From NCBI GenBank assembly GCA_043752325.1, contig JAYUYW010000102.1:1-33621 (forward strand): a stretch of DNA of 33,621 nt. The letters are read 5' to 3'. The position numbers and the translations under genes were made by a program. Shown here one piece after another: positions 29,425-33,621 of this stretch; the first letter of the stretch is position 1, and every line of letters begins with the position of its first letter. Source of the DNA: Rhodanobacteraceae bacterium. Lineage in GTDB: Bacteria; Pseudomonadota; Gammaproteobacteria; Xanthomonadales; Rhodanobacteraceae. The notes below the pieces were generated by a model, which saw only the letters and a program-made list of their open reading frames with translations, made no database searches and was not told where the DNA came from.

Positions 29425-30670
29425 AGGTTCGGTAGTCCAAGCGCTCGACGCCTGCGCGCCAAGTTCGGTGATTCAGGTTTCCGCCGATCCAGTAACAAAG
29501 TTCGGCCGGTTGCTCGACATTCCACGCTATCCAGTCGGCGTTTTGGCCGACGAACAACTGTCCGCGATCACGCAGGCCAAGCGCCTGCGCGGCATGTCGC
29601 GTAGTTCCCAGCAGCGCTTCGCTGGGCGTGAGGCGAAACAGCGTGCACGCCATGTTCATCGCAAGCCGCAGCGACAGGAGCGGCGACGTGCCGGGATTGA
29701 GATCGGTCGCGACCGCCATCGCCACGCCATGCTCGCGCAACGCGCATATCGGCGGCAGATGCGTATCACGCAGCGCGTAGTAGGCACCCGGTAGCAATAC
29801 CGCGACTGTTCCCGCCGCTGCCATCGCGCGCACGCCTTCGATACTTGTGTGCTCGATGTGATCGGCCGACAGGCCGTTATAGCTCGCGCTCAGCGCCGCA
29901 CCACCGGAATCGGTGAGCTGGTCGGCATGGAGTTTCACAGGTAGCCCAAGCGTGCGAGCCGTGGTGAATACACGAGCCGTCTGCGCAGGGCTGAATCCAA
30001 CTGACTCGCAAAATGCATCGACCGCGTCGGCCAATCCCGTTTCGGCAACTGCTGGCAGCATCACTTCGCACAGGTGATCGACGTATTCGTCCTGGCGACC
30101 AATGAATTCCGGCGGCATGGCATGCGCTCCGAGAAACGTGGTCTGCACATCCATTCCAGCTCTCTGGCCAACGCGTCGTGCGGCGCGCAGCATCTTCAGT
30201 TCGCTATCCAAATCCAGCCCATAGCCGGATTTGATTTCGATCGTTGTCACGCCATCGCTCGCAAGGGCCAGCGCGCGGGGCAGAGACTGCGCCACGAGTT
30301 CATCTTCGCTGACCGAGCGCGTTGCTCGCACCGACGATGCGATGCCGCCGCCGTTGCGGGCAATGTCGGCGTAGTTGGCACCATGCAGGCGCTGCTCGAA
30401 TTCGTCGGAACGGTCACCAGCAAATACCAGGTGCGTGTGACAGTCGATCAAGCCCGGCGTTACCCATTGCCCCTGCAGCGATTCAACGAATCGAGCCGAT
30501 TTTTCAGCACGTTCGGGCAAAGCGTCTCGCGGACCGGCATAACAAATCACGCCATCTTTCCACCCGAGTGCAGCATTCTCGACGATGCCGAGGCGCTCGT
30601 CGCACATCGTTGCCAGGCGGCAATCCACCAGAAGGCCGTCCCAATCGTTCGCGGTTGCGTGATCGCTCAT
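29423..30670 (-). CDS. hutI: Imidazolonepropionase
   Basis: PGLIDCHTHLVFAG, GGGIASSV, EIKSGYGL, TFLGAHA, HADQL, ATDLNPGTSP; start taken at ATG 30670. Confidence 0.96.
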   Translation of the reverse strand: MSDHATANDWDGLLVDCRLATMCDERLGIVENAALGWKDGVICYAGPRDALPERAEKSARFVESLQGQWVTPGLIDCHTHLVFAGDRSDEFEQRLHGANYADIARNGGGIASSVRATRSVSEDELVAQSLPRALALASDGVTTIEIKSGYGLDLDSELKMLRAARRVGQRAGMDVQTTFLGAHAMPPEFIGRQDEYVDHLCEVMLPAVAETGLADAVDAFCESVGFSPAQTARVFTTARTLGLPVKLHADQLTDSGGAALSASYNGLSADHIEHTSIEGVRAMAAAGTVAVLLPGAYYALRDTHLPPICALREHGVAMAVATDLNPGTSPLLSLRLAMNMACTLFRLTPSEALLGTTRHAAQALGLRDRGQLFVGQNADWIAWNVEQPAELCYWIGGNLNHRTWRAGVERLDYRT

Positions 30671-30761
30671 CGACGTATTATTGCAGAGCATTCGCTGGGC
30701 AATCGCTGCCTAAAGCCTGTCCGGTAGACTTCCGTCGGTTCCAGTTGCCCACCCATCCGCA

Positions 30762-32195
30762 ATGAATGACAGCCGTCGCTACTTCGCCGATCACGTCTGG
30801 CAACCGCAAGGCTGGCTCGACAACGCCGTGCTTGAAGTCGACGAAGGTCGCTATTTGAAAGGCGCTTTGCTGGACGTCTCAACACGCGAATCGGAGTCAG
30901 CGGAAAGGCTGGGGCGCTTCGTGGTGCCCGGCATGCCGAATCTGCATTCGCACGCGTTCCAGCGTGCGATGGCTGGTTTGGCGGAACGACGTGGTCCATC
31001 CGAGGACAGTTTCTGGACTTGGCGCGAGGCGATGTATTCGTATGCGAGCCGCGTGAATCCCGATACCTTGCGCGCGATTGCGAGCCAGCTTTATGTCGAG
31101 ATGCTGCAAGCGGGTTACACCCAGGTCTGCGAATTTCATTACCTGCACCACCAGCCCGACGGCCAGCCGTATGCCGATCCGGCTGCGATGTCGCTGGCCC
31201 TGCTGGAAGCTGCTGAAGAAGCCGGCATCGGCATCACGTTGTTGCCCACGCTGTACATGCGAGGAGGGTTCGATGGCCGCGCGCTCAGTGATCGGCAGCG
31301 CCGCTTCGGCCACGATGTCGACAGCTTCCTGCGTCTGGTCGAGCGCCTGCGCATGCAGGAGTGCGCGACAGTGCGGATTGGCGTTGCCTTGCACTCCCTG
31401 CGCGCCGTTCCCGAACAGGCGATGGCCGAGGTGCTCGACGGGGTCGCCAAGCTCGCCCCTTCGCGCAGCGGATTTCCGGCCAGCATGTTACCGATCCATA
31501 TCCACATCGCCGAACAGATCGCTGAAGTGGATGAGTGCATTGCGGTGCGCGGAGCGCGACCGGTGCAATGGCTACTCGATCACGTAGAAGTCGATGCACG
31601 CTGGTGCCTGGTCCATGCAACGCATCTTGGAGAAACCGAAGTCAATCGATTGGCAAAAAGCGAAGCCGTCGCCGGTCTCTGCCCGACAACCGAAGCCAAC
31701 CTTGGCGATGGATTGTTTCCGCTTGCCGTCTACCTGCGTGAGGGCGGGCGCATCGGCATCGGCTCCGACAGCCAGATTTCGGTATCGCCTGTCGAGGAAT
31801 TGCGCTGGCTCGAATACGGTCAACGCCTGCTGACGCGATCGCGAAATGTGGCGACCGCCGATGCTGGTGGCAGCATCGGCGAAACCTTGCTGCAAGCTGC
31901 GTTGAACGGCGGGGCACAAGCCAGTGCGATGCCCATGGGTAGCCTGATCGGCGGCGATACCAGCGTACCGTCGGTGGGCAATCGTGCCGACCTCGTAGTG
32001 CTTGATGATGCATCACCGCTACTTGCCGGTCGCGATCGAAACAACGCCATCGATACGTGGTTGTTCTCCGGGAATCGCCCCCTAGTGCGAGATGCGTTCG
32101 TCAACGGGCGTTGCGTGGTGCGCGATTTCGAACACGCCGGGCAAGCGCGTATCGCCGCACGGTTTCGCGCGGCCTTGGGCAAACTCGCCGGCTAG
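30762..32195 (+). CDS. hutF: Formimidoylglutamate deiminase
   Basis: NLHSHAFQRAMAG, DSFWTWRE, EFHYLHH, HSLRAV, HIHIAEQ, CPTTEANLGDG, GSDS. Confidence 0.96.
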   Translation: MNDSRRYFADHVWQPQGWLDNAVLEVDEGRYLKGALLDVSTRESESAERLGRFVVPGMPNLHSHAFQRAMAGLAERRGPSEDSFWTWREAMYSYASRVNPDTLRAIASQLYVEMLQAGYTQVCEFHYLHHQPDGQPYADPAAMSLALLEAAEEAGIGITLLPTLYMRGGFDGRALSDRQRRFGHDVDSFLRLVERLRMQECATVRIGVALHSLRAVPEQAMAEVLDGVAKLAPSRSGFPASMLPIHIHIAEQIAEVDECIAVRGARPVQWLLDHVEVDARWCLVHATHLGETEVNRLAKSEAVAGLCPTTEANLGDGLFPLAVYLREGGRIGIGSDSQISVSPVEELRWLEYGQRLLTRSRNVATADAGGSIGETLLQAALNGGAQASAMPMGSLIGGDTSVPSVGNRADLVVLDDASPLLAGRDRNNAIDTWLFSGNRPLVRDAFVNGRCVVRDFEHAGQARIAARFRAALGKLAG

Positions 32196-32285
32196 GTCCA
32201 TCCAGGTCAGCCACTTGCGGACGCCGCAGCATCGTTTCACACTCGGTGCGCCGCCATCGAGGCGGTCGTCCAGGAGGGACAGACC

Positions 32286-32936
32286 ATGATCCGAATAGCA
32301 CTGATCGACGACCACGAACTGGTCCGCACCGGTTACCGAATGATCCTTTCGGCGCAACCGGATTTCGAGATTGTCGGCGAAGCCGAAGACGGCCAAACCG
32401 GACTGCTGCTTTTGAAACGCACCGAGCCTGATGTCGCTTTGGTCGACGTGCAAATGCCGGGCCTGAGTGGCATCGAGGTCACCGACCGGGTCCGAAAACT
32501 TGATTTGCGAACGCGCATCGTCATCGTTTCGATGGTGTCCGAATCGCCGTTCCCGCGTCGCTTGCTGGCCGCAGGTGCCAGTGGCTACGTGACCAAAGGA
32601 TGTTCTTCGGATGAACTGGTCAAGGCGATCCGTACCGTTGCCGATGGCCGACGCTACCTGGCGGCGAAAGTGGCTGAGCGACTGGCGCTGGATGCGCTCG
32701 ACGGCAACACCGGCTCACCGTTCGAAGCACTGACGACGCGTGAACTGGAAGTCGCAATGATGCTGTCCAGCGGTCGCGATATGCAGTCGATCGCGGAAAC
32801 ACTCAAGCTGAGTCCCAAGACGGTGGCGACCTACAAATATCGATTATTCGAAAAACTCGATATCGACAATACGGTCGCGCTGGCGCACCTTGCCAGCATT
32901 AACGGCTTGCTGGAAGGACACGACTTCGCTAATTGA
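32286..32936 (+). CDS. NarL/LuxR-family response regulator, GacA/UvrY-like
   Basis: DDHELVRTG, phospho-acceptor in VDVQMPG, PFPRRLL.AGASGYVTK, SPFEAL, LSPKTVATYKYRLFEKL; AGGAGG RBS. Confidence 0.9.
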   Translation: MIRIALIDDHELVRTGYRMILSAQPDFEIVGEAEDGQTGLLLLKRTEPDVALVDVQMPGLSGIEVTDRVRKLDLRTRIVIVSMVSESPFPRRLLAAGASGYVTKGCSSDELVKAIRTVADGRRYLAAKVAERLALDALDGNTGSPFEALTTRELEVAMMLSSGRDMQSIAETLKLSPKTVATYKYRLFEKLDIDNTVALAHLASINGLLEGHDFAN

Positions 32937-32939
32937 TTT

Positions 32940-32976
32940 GCCGGGGCAACCGCAGCGCGGTTGCCCCGGCTTTGTT
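32940..32976 (+). terminator. Rho-independent terminator between convergent genes
   Basis: Perfect 14-bp stem GCCGGGGCAACCGC-AGC-GCGGTTGCCCCGGC followed by TTTGTT. Confidence 0.8.
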
Positions 32977-33621
32977 CATGGCGTCCCTGGTGGAGCTGGA
33001 TGATCGGAGTCGGGTACGCGCTTTTCGTCGCCGACTTCCACCGACGTGACGTTCTCGCGCGCTGGTATTTCTTCCTTGCGCGTTGACAATGGAAGATCCG
33101 GTTGGTCGCCGACATTGTTCGGTGCGACCTCCGGGTTGCGTGCCTGCGCCGGTTCGGCGCTGGCCGGCGGTGCCGATTCAACATCTGGTGACTCCATGAC
33201 CCGATCCACTGACGGATCGACGGTCGCCTGGATGGCTGCGACCTGATCATGGGTGGTGTTTTTAGCGTCTGGCACGGGAATAGCCATAATCGGCGCATCC
33301 GCTTCCGGTGTGCTCGTCGAGTCGCGTGACTCGCGACTCGCATGCTCGGCCGAAGCACCCGGCGACGTCGCCGCGTCGACAGCCGTCGCGACGACAGCGG
33401 CATCCGCTGTCAACTTGTGGGCGACAACAGCACTGGCATCCATCGCTGGCCACTCAGGCGGCGAAGCTTGCACCATATCGACAGCGTTCACGGCATCAAG
33501 GATTTTCGCCGTTTGTGTCGGTTCAACGGCATCGGTCGATGAAGAGACGCCGGCACCGCTCGACTCGGCATCATCCGAGGTTGCGGTCGCAGCAATCGCA
33601 GCGGAAACGCCTGCCGCTTCA
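32976..33621 (-). CDS. C-terminal low-complexity tail of a large protein entering from the right edge, possibly ribonuclease E
   Basis: The frame of ORF 32976..33491 stays open to the window end (EAAGVSAAIAATATSDDAESS...); A/S/P/E/D-rich with no globular motif. The RNase E identity is inferred from composition only. Confidence 0.6.
   Translation of the reverse strand, partial: EAAGVSAAIAATATSDDAESSGAGVSSSTDAVEPTQTAKILDAVNAVDMVQASPPEWPAMDASAVVAHKLTADAAVVATAVDAATSPGASAEHASRESRDSTSTPEADAPIMAIPVPDAKNTTHDQVAAIQATVDPSVDRVMESPDVESAPPASAEPAQARNPEVAPNNVGDQPDLPLSTRKEEIPARENVTSVEVGDEKRVPDSDHPAPPGTP

Overview
GC-rich gammaproteobacterial core chromosome; the gene set and order suggest Xanthomonadales/Rhodanobacteraceae (inference). 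It is densely coding and mostly housekeeping: rsmD-coaD-lipoprotein-yfhL-ggt, ftsY-AsmA-like-mutY-yggX, two enoyl-CoA hydratases, DUF1289-nudL-sseA, an FKBP PPIase, DUF1684, a YfcH-like epimerase, nnr-tsaE-amidase-mutL, queG, rplU-rpmA-obgE, sbcB/orn, a PhzF-family gene, tRNA-Gly(CCC), hutI/hutF, a GacA/UvrY-type regulator and a low-complexity C-terminal tail (possibly RNase E). I see no prophage, integrase, transposase or CRISPR array. The best candidate for an under-described system is a putative Zur-controlled zinc module at 25.3-29.4 kb: a His-poor ZnuD-like TonB receptor, a divergent and apparently leaderless MerC-domain gene with a near-perfect Zur box over its -10, a CDF exporter, and ribosomal protein Thx. 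Other oddities are three 29-nt GTAG-type REP palindromes that all lie next to stop codons, a tRNA-Gly with C instead of the near-invariant U55, and a 5' hairpin in the rplU leader. All functional calls come from motif recognition by eye, not from database searches.
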